NCBI RefSeq assembly: GCF_964204645.1
Contig: NC_134034.1
Span: 12,350,962 to 12,414,961, forward strand
Length of the DNA stretch: 64,000 nt
Direction of reading: 5' to 3'
Source of the DNA: Tubulanus polymorphus
Lineage: Eukaryota; Animalia; Nemertea
The notes under the pieces are model-generated. The model did no database searches. It had not been told where the DNA came from and saw only the letters and a list, made by a program, of their open reading frames with translations. The number at the start of each line of letters is the position of its first letter. Within the stretch, counting starts at the first letter, position 1. Of the stretch, positions 1 to 29,100 are shown piece after piece. The position numbers and the translations under genes are program-made.

Positions 1-3000
1 GGGTGGACAGGCGAGTTGTCCGACTGGTAGCACCTGTTGTAAACTTAGTTCTGGACAATACGGGTGCTGCCCCATCCCAAATGTAAGTTCGATTGATTGA
101 TTTATTTCCATAGAACTATAAATTTAATACAAATACAAAATTAAACATTTCAGTTTCAAATTATATAATCATGGTCTATGATGGACATCCCAAGGAGCCT
201 AAAGGCTGTAACGCTAGCAGAGTGGACTGCCTATGACTTATTAGTTTTTGCTAAGAGGCTGTATTTTTTACTTTCATTCTCTGCATTGTTCTTTTTAAAC
301 AGGCTGTTTGCTGTAATGATCACTTACATTGTTGTCCATCTGGTACAACCTGCGATGTGACTGCTGGAAAATGTAACCGAGGCAGATTTTCATTTGCCAT
401 GGTTACAAAAATTGCAGCATCCTCGTCAAATGAGATGCTCCCTTCCAATGTGATCTGTCCAGATCAGGGCACATGTCCAACTGGTAGCACATGCTGTAAA
501 CTAAGTACTGGACAATACGGGTGCTGCCCTCTGCCAAATGTAAGGTTGACACATTATTTTGTCTATAATCATCGTTCATTTTGTAGACATTTACTGATTC
601 TGTATTTCTCTCTCTCTTTTTCAAAAGGCCGTTTGCTGTAAGGATGGTCTACATTGTTGTCCGGCTGACACGACCTGTGATGTCGCTCAGGGAAAATGTA
701 ACAAAGCCGATGGTTCGTCCGTAGATATGGTGAAGAAAGTCGCGTCGTTAGGCACGCTCGATCGAGTCAAGAAAACGTGCGGAGATGGACGTTCTACCTG
801 TCCGTCCGGTACTACTTGCTGTGCGACCAGAGGAGGAGGCTACGCGTGCTGCCCTCTACCGAATGTATGTATTCTCAAAGTTAATGATAAACTAATGATC
901 GATACCCCAAACCTAACACTAGTTCTGGGACCAGGAGTAGCGTCTAGACTTGCATTTAAGACCAGGCTTCAATTTTTTATGAATAAGTTAAGCTCAAATT
1001 GTTGGTTAAATCGTTGAATTGGTCACTTCATTGTTTCAAAGAGGACAACAATTCGTTTTAACTGTTATAAGCTGAAGCATGGAATTTCATGGACCCTTGC
1101 CCTAAATGGTTTCATTATCAATCTAACTTATCTATTGTCTGTCCGGTTTCTAGGCAGTTTGCTGCTCGGATAAAATTCATTGTTGTCCGAACGGAGCAAA
1201 GTGCGACGTGTCGCGCGGTAAATGCGTGCGTAAAACAGACGGCGTCTCGTTTCCGCTCTATACGAAAATTCCCGTAACCCAGATTCAAGATGGCCGCCTT
1301 GATTATGTTAAGTGTCCCGACGGACAATCGGAATGCCATAATGGAGAAACTTGCTGTCGTGTAAAAAGTGGAAGTTATGGATGTTGTCCATTCCCGAAGG
1401 TAAGCGTTAAAAGCGTCTTCAACAGGAGTACCTCTAGGATCCAGTTCAACAGTTGTGTGGGTTTTATTATTACTCCGGATCCAGTTCCGCAATTGTGTGG
1501 GTTAAAAAATTGGCTCAAATTATCATAGAAGACTGGAACTGGATCCAGAGTCAAATTAAACCCACACAACTGTGGAACTGGATCCAGAGTCAAATTAAAC
1601 CCACACAACTGTGGAACTGGATCCAGAGTTAGATCAAACCAACACAACTGTGGAACTGGATCCAGAGTTAGATCAAACCTACACAACTGTGGAACTGGAT
1701 CCAGTTATTTACGTGTTCGGAATGTAGAAATGAAATGTTCATGGCTTTGAAAAGGTTTTACTCATCGAAAGATCAATTCGTCTATTCCAGGCCACCTGCT
1801 GTTCCGATCAACTACATTGTTGTCCGAATGGTTTCAATTGTGATCTCTCTCAAGGCCGATGCACTAAAGGTTCTCGCGTCGTACCGATGTTAGCTCGAAC
1901 ACCTGCCAGCAGTTTATCAGGTGTTCTCTGCCCGGATAAACACGCCGTCTGCCCCGATGGTAACACCTGCTGTCTGATACCGGGCGGTGGGTATGGCTGT
2001 TGCCCCCTAGTCGAGGTAATTATCACGATTTTTGATTAGTGGTTAAATCATCCCTGTGGATTGAAAAATAAAACAATATCAGTGATCTCTCTTTGCCAAG
2101 TTTTGTTAAATTCAAGGGGTTTAATTTGGTCTGCAAAGAGAAAGAGAGACAGCATTTAGACTGAGATATGACCGTGCGACCGGGCGCTGATTTTTTCCTA
2201 AGTGTCTATGATCATAATCATCGCTAGCCTACTGAGAATCCTGTGCATGCAATTATTGATGTGCTTATTTTCAGGCTGTTTGTTGCGCTGATAAAGCTCA
2301 TTGTTGTCCAAAAGGAACAACGTGCTCTGTTAAAATGGATATTTGTTTACAGGGCAACGCGAAATCCGATCAACAGTGGATGCTACGACGACCGACCGAG
2401 ATGGTCGACACTCTCGTAAACTGCGGTAATGGGAAGGTCTGTCCGTTTAAACATACGTGCTGTCAGCAGGATAATGGCGATGTGGGATGCTGTCCCGCCG
2501 CTAAGGTATGTGTATCAAAAAAAGAATGCAGTAAACTCGACCTTATTCAGTCTTAGCCTGGAACCTTCACTGCTGAAGACATTAAGTACTTTATCACAAA
2601 TCTGCCAATTTATGATCGTCCACACTTCACATGTGTTAAACTTCACCTGAGATATTTTTCGATTGAAAATGAACTACAAACACCAGACATGAGACATTTT
2701 ATCAGCACACTTTCAAAAACTGATCGTCCACACTTCACATGTATTCATTGCTTCATCTGAGACATTTTAATTGAAAATGAACTATAAACACCAGATATTC
2801 TACATTTATCAGCACACTTTCAAAAACTGATTGTCCACACTTTACATGTGTTCAGAACATCACTCATTGTCTGAATGGATGGTTCCAGGCTGCAGTCTGT
2901 CTTCAAGGGTTGTTGCAAGCTTCTCGTATGAGTATCTGTAATATATATGATCCCCCAATAATGATGAAAAATAAATCAGCATCATTTTTGGGAATGGGGT

Positions 3001-3286
3001 TTTTATATTTTTTGTGGAGAAAATAAATCATATCATATAATATTAGTGTTTCACAGTGATTATAAGCATTGGTGTTTTTGTTTTTGTGAACAGAAATCCA
3101 GGGTTAATCCCCGATATAGATGAATCTAATCTCGATTGTGATAACTCAATTATTGTTTATTTGTTGTAGGCTGTTTGTTGCCGTGGTTCCGGACAATGTT
3201 GCCCGGAAGGTTGTCGATGCGGCTCCGGGAATACGTGCGAGTGCCCGAAACACGAGTTGTTTTTCAATAAAATACGTAACTTGTGA
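1..3286 (+). CDS. GRN: Progranulin (granulin precursor), 3' part; 5' end lies upstream of the window
   Basis: Exons <1-82, 303-539, 628-864, 1154-1399, 1791-2015, 2275-2505, 3170-3286 (TGA). All introns are GT-AG, phase 0. Each internal exon encodes the C-half of one granulin (AxCCxDxxHCCPxxxxC), a linker and the N-half of the next (CxxxxxCPxGxTCC...GCCP). Six granulin modules are visible; the protein ends ...FFNKIRNL*. Confidence 0.95.
1437..1706. repeat. ~39-bp satellite built on GGATCCAGTTCCACAGTTGTG (family A), forward then inverted copies
   Basis: Two forward copies at ~1437-1500, then about five reverse copies (CTGTGGAACTGGATCC) at ~1533-1706. This produces the spurious ORF 1375..1686. 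Confidence 0.85.
2554..2891. mobile_element. Non-autonomous DNA transposon with TIRs (T)AGCCTGGAACC...GGTTCCAGGCT
   Basis: Terminal inverted repeats are visible. The internal sequence (GATCGTCCACACTTCAC, TTGAAAATGAACTAC, AACACCAGA) recurs at ~34620-34864, at ~46316-46442 and inverted at ~24683-24780. Confidence 0.65.
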
Positions 3287-4898
3287 ACGACATGATTGCT
3301 ATCTGTGATATCACCACTAATATCCTTACGTTCGAGACTCAAAATAGATCATGTATCGCATAACTCAAATTAATTATCTTAGATCTTCATTTAGTAACTA
3401 AAATTGATTTTTAGTGAGTCATTGAAAATGAGAGAAGGTCATCATTTAGTTGCTGAAATCGTAATTTACTGAATCATTGAGATTATTGGGAATAAGGTAG
3501 TCATGCAATTAAAAGCTAATCATAATTTTACAGAATATTTGAAGTCATTGAGAATGAGAAGGTTGTCATTACCATGGTTTCATCGTAATTTTACTGAATT
3601 ATTGAAGGTATCAAGAATGCGAGAAAGGTCGTAATTAGTATAACTAATCATAATTTTGTTATCATATCACTATCTCAATATCAACGTACTATTCTTCAGT
3701 TAACATTCATTCGATCATCTTCCAGCCGATGAGAATATGTCATTTCGTAAAACTTTTACCGTTCAAAAAAGTGAACTGAACAACTCTTTTGCGCAGAGCA
3801 ACATTTTATGAAATTTTGTAAAACCATTCCATGTTTTCTATCGAGTTTCCTGTGGATTAACGCTTTTTAGTTTGTAGAATGAGGTCACATGTAAAATGAT
3901 TTGTGAGCTCCAGTCGACCTTTCGAATTTCTTTCTATGATGGCCTTGGGCTGATCTTAAATCTAAGCCCCGGCACCCAGTTCGACAGTTCTGAGTTTAAA
4001 TTTGACTCTGAGTTAACTCATCGAAAATGAACTAATTTAACTCATAGAGCTGTTGAACTGGGTCCTGATACCGCGGTAGTTAAATTTTTCGAATATTTCC
4101 AAATACTTTCTTTATCGAAATAATGAAACTACAGTCTCAAGTCGCACTATGGAATGTAAATATTAATCTAGAATATTTGTGTAATTGATATTAATGGAAG
4201 TAATTAATTTTCTAATTAATCGCGCACAGCTGTATCTAAGATCTGTGTGTGTGTAGTGTCGTATTCTAAATGGTGTAATTTGTTTACTCTTAATAATGGT
4301 GTAATTTTGTACTTAATAGGAAAATAAAAAAAATTTGATGGTTTTTTGGACAGTTTGCTGTTGAGTTGATTCTTTTTCTAAATGGAGAATTCTCGATAGA
4401 CGTATAATGGACATTCTCTGGTTTTTTTTTTAGACAGTTGAAATTTCAACTATCCAAATCCATTTTCAGAGAAGCTGGTCGTGGGATTATTCATTACCAT
4501 TGTTAAGAAATTTAAGAATGTTTCTAATATTTCCAAATTGATTCAGTAGTTCAATTCTTACAAAGGAGTTCGTTTGGCCGAGTCATACTTAGAAAGGAAA
4601 ATAAAAAACGCATTGGTTTATTAAATCATTTTATCTGATAACACGAATTGTGTCTTTATGTTATTTGTGTGATTTTTTTTAAAAATAAAAGCCTATTCAG
4701 TTTCTACTTCTCAATAAAAGATGAATTGATTTGAATACACACAATTCGGACTCGCATTTTCGAGGGCGTTTAACTCGCAAACTCGAATTCACGATCTGGT
4801 AGACTGGTTACCGTATTGAATGGGACAGGCAACCAGTCCTAGCGATATACGCGCGCATCGCTCGCCATCTATAAACGCCGGTCGGAACTAGCATAAAA

Positions 4899-21534
<16,636 letters not shown>

Positions 21535-22129
21535 CAACATAAGGTAAGCGAAGGGGTGGATTTAGGCAGTGGTCTGGCGAGTCCGAACCCTGCCTTCCCA
21601 TTGAGGTTGCCGTTTTGCGTCAAGACAAAGATCGTTAAAACCTTTAAATTTGACATTCATTTTCTCGAAACTTGCAACCTTTCGGATACAGAACCCAATA
21701 ATGGCCGCCTTATCAGATGAATGCATCTTCTTATTTTAACACAACAAAGAAAGAAAAACGGTTTTGAAAATTGCCCCAAAAAAAAGAGTTTCATTTTATA
21801 ATTTCAGAATGAAATTTGCTGTGGTTGCATTATTCATATCATATCAACACTAATGCACGTAAACGGACTGCGCGGATGAGAAAATCAACACAACATTTCC
21901 GTGACAAATAAGATCTCGTAACAATGGCAACAATATAGCTTCAACGGCTGATTGATTCGCGTGATACTTACTTACCCTCTCGTGTATCTTCTAATAGATT
22001 TGTGCTGCTCAACAGAATTTATTATTCAAGGCTTTCTATATTCAATCCTGCAGTCGCTCTGTTCTAAACAATGTAGTGCGTGCGTGTGCGTGTGCGCGTG
22101 CCTGTGCGTGTGCGTGTGCCTGGCTCCAC

Positions 22130-22920
22130 GGTTGTTTGTGTTCAATTTCACTCTGAATCCAGTTCCACAGTGCTGGGTTTTAATTTGACCGCGGATCCAG
22201 TTCCATCTGCACAGTTGTGTGAGTTTAATTTCACTCTGTATTCAGTTCCACAGTTGCGTGGGTTTAATTTGGCTGGGTCCAGTTCCACAGTTGTGTGGTT
22301 TTAATAATTTGACTCTGGATCCAGTTGTACAGTTGAAAAGATTTTGATTTGACTTTGGATCCAGTTCCACAGTTGAACAGATTTTGATTGGACTATGGAT
22401 CCAGTTCCACAGTTGAATAGATTTTGATTGGACTTTGGATCCAGTTCCACAGTTGAACAGAATTTGATTTGACTATGGATCCAGTTCCACAGTTGAACAG
22501 ATTTTGATTGGACTTTGGATCCAGTTCCACAGTTGAACAGATTTTGATTTGACTTTGGATCCAGTTCCACACTTGATCAGATTTTGATTGGACTATGGAT
22601 CCAGTTCCACAGTTGAATAGATTTTGATTGGACTTTGGATCCAGTTCCACAGTTGAACAGATTTTGATTGGACTTTGGATCCAGTTCCACAGTTGAAGAG
22701 ATTTTGATTTGACTATGGATCCTGTTCCACAGTTGAATAGATTTTGATTTGACTATGGATCCAGTTCCACAGTTGAATAGATTTTGATTCGACTATGGAT
22801 CCAGTTCCACAGTTGAACAGATTTTGATTCGACTGTGTATCCAGTTCCACTGTATAGGTTTTAATTTGACTGTGGATCCAGTTCCACGGTTATGTGAGTT
22901 CAATTTGACTGTGGATCCAC
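22130..22920. repeat. Family-A 40-bp satellite in the probable CerS 3' UTR
   Basis: About 19 units of GGATCCAGTTCCACAGTTGAAYAGATTTTGATTKGACTWT. Confidence 0.92.
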
Positions 22921-25420
22921 TTTTGTCGAGTCTATCGTTTTTACCGTTGATAGATGAAGCTTATTTTTTGTGAGCATGCTTTTATACGAATTTATATATA
23001 TATATATATATAAGTAACGTATCGAAAAGTAGCTGTTCGACGCAGGTACTCTTACCGGTACCTGGTCAAAGCAGATGCTTCTATATATTTTTTGCGTAAA
23101 ATTGTAAATTAGAATTTTCTGAAAATCAATGCATCATCACATATCGAAGGATGGATTCAGGTCCTCATAGCGTTCGGTTGTTGGTTCTGAATTCCAGCTT
23201 CGCGTTGAACTAGTCACTAAAAATGTTCATAAGTGGTTGTCGGTTTTATAGGCTGCTGGTCGGGTTTAACCGGTTACTACCCTGAAATTTCGGGTTACCG
23301 GTAAGCTCTCTAATGAAGCCGAGATCGCGCGAGCATTTTTGGCCCGGGCCAAATTTCGCTGGTGCCAAATGAACCTAGTTTACAAGGGTCAAATTTGCCT
23401 GGTAGCAAGTCTGTGTCGAATAGCACTGGTTAAATTACTGCTAACTGGTTCCGGAAATGATGACTCCTCACTTGCCACAGCATCATTTCGATATCACAGT
23501 AGTAACGAGTTAGTGTTTTACGTGTCACCATGCATACTAATTAGGCACTCGGCAAATTCGAATCGGGTCATATCCTCTCTTTGTAATCGCGCAGCTTATG
23601 TCGTCGTATTTTTTTTCGATCTTGTTTTATTCATTAATCAGTAGAGCCGACGGACCCAACGGAGGTCGTGGTTGTCGGTTTCGCGACCCGTTCTATAAAA
23701 CCGACCACTTTCGTTACCGTAATAACCAAAAAATACGAAGTTAGAATGTGCTTCCCTTTCTGAACTTCGAGGTAGAATTTTCTGGTTTGATTTCTTGTTA
23801 TCGGTTTGGTTAAATGTTTCCGGGTGTATTCTTCGGGTAGAACTAGTTCCGTCAAAATCTTTGTAAAGTAAGAAAAATTGTGCTGTAGTTAGTAGTTTGA
23901 AAGGACAGATCTAGGGATGGTGTCCGTGGTCCGGGGATCCCAGCCTTCTCTCGGAGGTTATCGTTATCGTCAAAGATGGAAATCTTTAAAACCTACAATT
24001 TTGACACTCTTGTCCTCTCTAGAAATTACCGTATTTCAGATGTACTTTTTCAAAAAAAATGACTCTTGGCTGCTTAATGTGAGGAGAGTCCCTTTTCTTT
24101 TGGACCCAACTTCCAATATTTCAAGATCCACCCCTGTTCGAATGGCTACTTTAGTAGCACGTAGTTGAAACATGATGATGACTGCTACATTCTCTAAAAC
24201 AGGTTGGACTTTCTGAGCCCATAGAACTATCTGATAATGCAAGCATGGGTTTTCTTGTGTATAAACATTTTATAAACTATTCATATAGACTCTAAAGGAT
24301 GGATAACTATTTTATTTGGGCTCGATTTCACTTTCTTCATCACCACTGCCCTGAATTGATAATGTTTGACTGTTGCTATGGTGAATAGCGGATGCATTTG
24401 CGTCGAACTGCGACGCGCACCGAAATGGGCTAGAATTCTTGCGAGTATTTCGCTTTGAGCTTTCGCGCTTTTGAAATTGTAAACAACATAAATACGAAAC
24501 GAAGCTCTATGAATCACGTTCCGGTATATCATATGTAAGGTAGATTCGATAGTAATCAGTTCGCTGGTAAGAATTTTGAGTCGAAGTTATGAAACCTCAC
24601 GGAATGAAATCCAACAGGTTGATATCATTTTCCTCAAACAAATAAAACTTTGTCCAGAGCCTTTATTCAGCAGATCTAATACAGCCTGGAAACTTCATTT
24701 TTTGAAAGTGTTCTGATCGAAATGTCATATATCAGGTGTTCGTAGTTCATTTTCAATTAAAAATGTCTCTGATGAATTCCTTAACACGGCAAATCAATGG
24801 CTGGGTCAAGGTTGACGAGCACTGGGTCCAGGCCGAAGGTTAACACCTGAATCAACGGTATGAAATTTTAATACTTGAAAAATGTGTTGAAAGTGTTTAT
24901 TTTATAGATAATTAAGTGTAGTTAGAGAAATACTAACTAATTGATTTTTGGGGAAGCAAAATTGGGAAAATAAACGAATGAAATAAATGCCTTCTTTTTT
25001 AGGCCTAGTTATGCTATACAGATATACATATTTAGTTATATATAAGGTAGTCGAATATAGGTATATATTATATTTAAGTAGATATTATGTAACTTTGTCA
25101 GCAATTTATGGTGTCTTTAATAATAAAACTTTGCCTATAACATCTAAAAGTTTCTTATTTCATCGTTTCCTTGAGTCTCCCTTTATGGTAATACAAGAAA
25201 AATTCATCTAGTTTCCAATTGTTTCCCGACCCAGTTCTTTCCCGAACTATACGGATCCTGATCATCGTTACGCGATTCACTGTAAGCCGCCCGATTGTCG
25301 TAAATTGTTGTTTCCTCCCAGCATGTGCTGCCATCTACAGCAACCTCGAGAAGCCGTAGTTTTTACTATCGGCTGGTGCTGCCACCTGAAACAATCTCGA
25401 GTAGCCGTAGTTTGTGGTAA

Positions 25421-25471
25421 GTCACGTGACGCGGAACTAGCGCGCTGATTGGTCGAATCCGCTGATTTGAA
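25421..25471 (+). promoter_or_regulatory. Candidate RacGAP1 cell-cycle promoter: E-box GTCACGTGAC, inverted CCAAT box, CHR (TTTGAA)
   Basis: GTCACGTGAC 25421-30, ATTGG 25448-52, TTTGAA 25466-71. These precede a probable 5' UTR exon ending at the donor AAG|gtatac (25562/3) that splices to acceptor 26116/7. Confidence 0.55.
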
Positions 25472-26152
25472 TAGATCAATGGATTCCGGAGCGAATTATG
25501 AACGAAATGTAAATAAATCCTCGAGAAAAACATCGAAATTCGAGTGGAATTTTGCGAGGAAGGTATACGCTTGAATTCCAGCGGACACTCGAATATCCAG
25601 CGCCAGATTCAGGCTTAAAATGGAACCGATTACTTTGATAATATTTGACGATTTTATGAGTTGAAGAAGTGGGCCGAAGGAAACTTTTTCTGATTTTTTT
25701 TGTGAAGTTAACTGGTTGGAAAGAATTTGTCTTCTCCTTCCTTCCCTCATGCCTCACGATCGATATTTCCATTTCTTTCTGAACTCAGTGATATCCACAA
25801 GAGAAATGTGTGGCCACCCCATTTTTTATATCCACCTCTGAAAATATCAGCAACCCCAATCAATCATTTGTGAAAGTTATGTGATGCCATCATCATCCAT
25901 GATCATGGCTGATATGCTGCCTGACTCTGATCTGGCCACCGAACCTGTCTGATAGTGATTTACCGGTTCGATGTACACCACAGTTGGTTACACTTTCGTA
26001 GATCTCTGTGGGACGACCACTGCCCCAGAACTTGGGTGTCTCGGGAGTTGGAAGAATCAAACTCAACCCATCATCATCTCTATCTATGTCCTTCTTCTCA
26101 TTTTCTTTGTGTTTAGTTTTTGCTGATCTGAAAACCGGCGACCGAATAAAAG

Positions 26153-29100
26153 ATGAATAATAAAACGAAGTCGCGGCCGTCGATTGTGTCGCTGTATGAT
26201 GAGCTAATGAGGGATCGAGCCGTTTTAACTAAAGGAATTGAAGAGGGTAAGCGTTCGTAAGGTCCACAACTTAACTCTAATAATGTCGTACCGGGAATTA
26301 TGATAATTAAATAACTGACCTAAATCCAGCTTTGAAAAACCGCTCGAATTAAAGCGCTTTCCATAAAAGCCTCGAGATATCCAGAAATGTAAGACCGTAG
26401 CATTCCTAGAAGTTGATTCCACAGGGTATGCTCCACTAGATGGCGTGACTAGATTAGCGATCAATTCTTCGGCTATCTAATCCCTCAGCTGCCATAGGAA
26501 TAATCCTTGCCTTGCTCAATTGCCGCAGTTGGCTTTACAGCATAGCCCTATTGACCTGGATGGTTCCTCAATTTCACCGAAAGCTCCTATCGACGATAAT
26601 GATGATTAACGAATTTGAAACATTTAAAAGAGAAATTAACAGATATTTAAATAATCCTTGCCTCGCTTGCCACAGTAGGCTACAGCTATTGACCCTGACT
26701 GTTCCTCAATAATTTCACTAAAAGCTCCTTTAGGCGATAAACTAATTCGAAGCATTTAATTAAAAGAATTAACGGATATTTGAAGATTGGGTGATATATT
26801 TTTGATTTCAGATTTCCACGCGTTCGTCGCGAATCAAGAGGAATGTCGTAAGAAATGGTATCAAACGGAGAAAGAACGCGATAATTTAGAATCACGCGTG
26901 AAAACCTTGGAGTCGGAGAACAGCGCGTTGGAAACTAAACTCCGACACGCCAGGTACGGGAACTGGGATTATTCGGGGGCAGAACTGGGGCTCGTTGCTC
27001 AGAAGTTCATTAAAGATATCCGTCGGATCATGGTAACGATGAACTTTTAATTGTCACTGTGTCAACTATTAATCGGTCAACTATAACCAACTTTTCAGCA
27101 ACTGCAGCCCCTGGTCTCAACTATCAACTGGTTACTTATAACCAACTGCAGCCCCTGGTCTCAACTATCAACTGGTTACCTATGACCAACTGCAGCCCCT
27201 GGGGCCAGTTGCACAGTCGTGACTTAAGTCCAAAAGTGGTCTTAAATCTTAAGACTGGTCTTAAGTTGTAAGATAGGCTAAAGAACCAAGTTGGTCTTAG
27301 ACTAGTCTTAAGTCTGAGCCATAACTATGCAACCGGCCCGGCCCCTGGTCTCAACTATCAACTGGTTACCTATGACCAACTGCAGCCCCTGGTCTGTATT
27401 GTTGAGTACCGCTTAGAATTCAAATCATTTCGTAAACAGCGGCCACTGGCCTGGAAAATTCAGGGAATTCGTTTTAAAATGTGAGAGAAATTTCGATTAA
27501 GAAATCGTTGTGACTTTCGTTTATTTTTCCAGGGAACAAATCGACCACGAGATGAAAAAACGAATCAAAGTTGAACACGATCGCGACGCTCTGGTAACTA
27601 ATATATTTTTCCGTTAAAATAAGTTCATATTCAAGCTTTGACTTTAGAATCAAACTCAACTCAGACCTGTGGAACTGTATCCTGGGCCCATCGGGATCAT
27701 TATAATCATAATCGAAGAAGTCCCACAATTTATAAATTATATGAAATATCCACCAGATAACAAATAAAAAACAACGGCAGATTTGTAGAAACAGTTTATT
27801 TCCTTACAGTTTCGAGGTTAAAACTAAACAAGAACAAAATTTTTGTTCCTCTGGGACCAGTTCCACAGTCATGGCTTAGACTTAAGACCAGTCTAAGACT
27901 GTCTTAGTTTTATAGCTAATCTTACAGCTTAAGACCAGTCTTAAGATTTAAGACCACTTTTGGACTGAAGTCTCGACTATGGAACCAGCCCCTGAAGATG
28001 AGGTTTAGTTTTAACCTCGAAACTATAAGGAAATAAACTGTTTCTACAGATCTAACTGGGTTTTTATTCGTAAACTCTACACTAAGATTTACATCAGTTC
28101 ACTGCAGTCATATCCGCCTGATGATGGCTGTTAGTCAACAGCCGAAACGTTGTGGTTTCATTTTGATAAACTATTTTATAGAAAATTCGAATTGTGGGAC
28201 CTCTTCGATTATCTACAGTGACGTACACGTATTAGAGTGTTTCATTCAACTGCCATCATTCTACTTCTACTTCTACCTATTACTGGCCAACTTCAACATG
28301 TTGAAGATTTTTGCCAGGTACAGACTTTTGTGGTTAAATCAGTGTGGAGTCGACGAGCACTGATACGTGTCCTGCCTGAATAACATGGTTTCACTAGGAT
28401 TCGAACTCGCAACCTCTCAGTCAAACACCTTATCCACCATGCCACATGACAGGACAGGATCATAATTATGTCCACTGTGAATTTAACGTCTCCCTCGCCG
28501 ATATATAGTAACAACGTTTGTGTCGGATTCTAATTTTTTAGGAAAATCAGGTTCAGTTAATTCGCGAATTGTTGATGAACGATAAAAACCACGGCCGCAC
28601 GAATTTAAACGACGAACAATGGGCGTTGTTGAGCACGACCTGGCAACCGTCGCACGTCGATAATAACACTCCTAAACGGTACGTTTCAAACTGATCCGGC
28701 ATCCGATTGTTGTAGATTGCTATCGATCGCATTTTGGCTTCGTTACGGCACCAGTTTGTGTGTGTCTGCGCTTTTTGTTTACTACATGGTTCCCACAGAA
28801 CAAGGAAATTGGGAAAGCTTGGGAATTTTGAATTATTTTTGGAAATATTTGGGAATTTGAAAAAAATGTCTTAAAATCAGGGAAATATTTGGGAAATTCA
28901 TTACATTTCACATATTGCATTTGCGAAGGGCAACTTTCTTCAGCAATTTCCCTTGAAAATCATATTCATCAACCAGTCACCACTAAAATGTTGACTGTAA
29001 CATGACGATATGTGTTCATTTCCATTTGGGAGAATTGAAAAATCACCCATGTAATACTTGGGAAAAACTTTGGAATTTTGAATTCATATAACTGTGGGAA

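Noticed and set aside
28385-28446. Functional tRNA gene
   Set aside because: A- and B-boxes are present but there are no acceptor or anticodon stems; treated as a SINE remnant.
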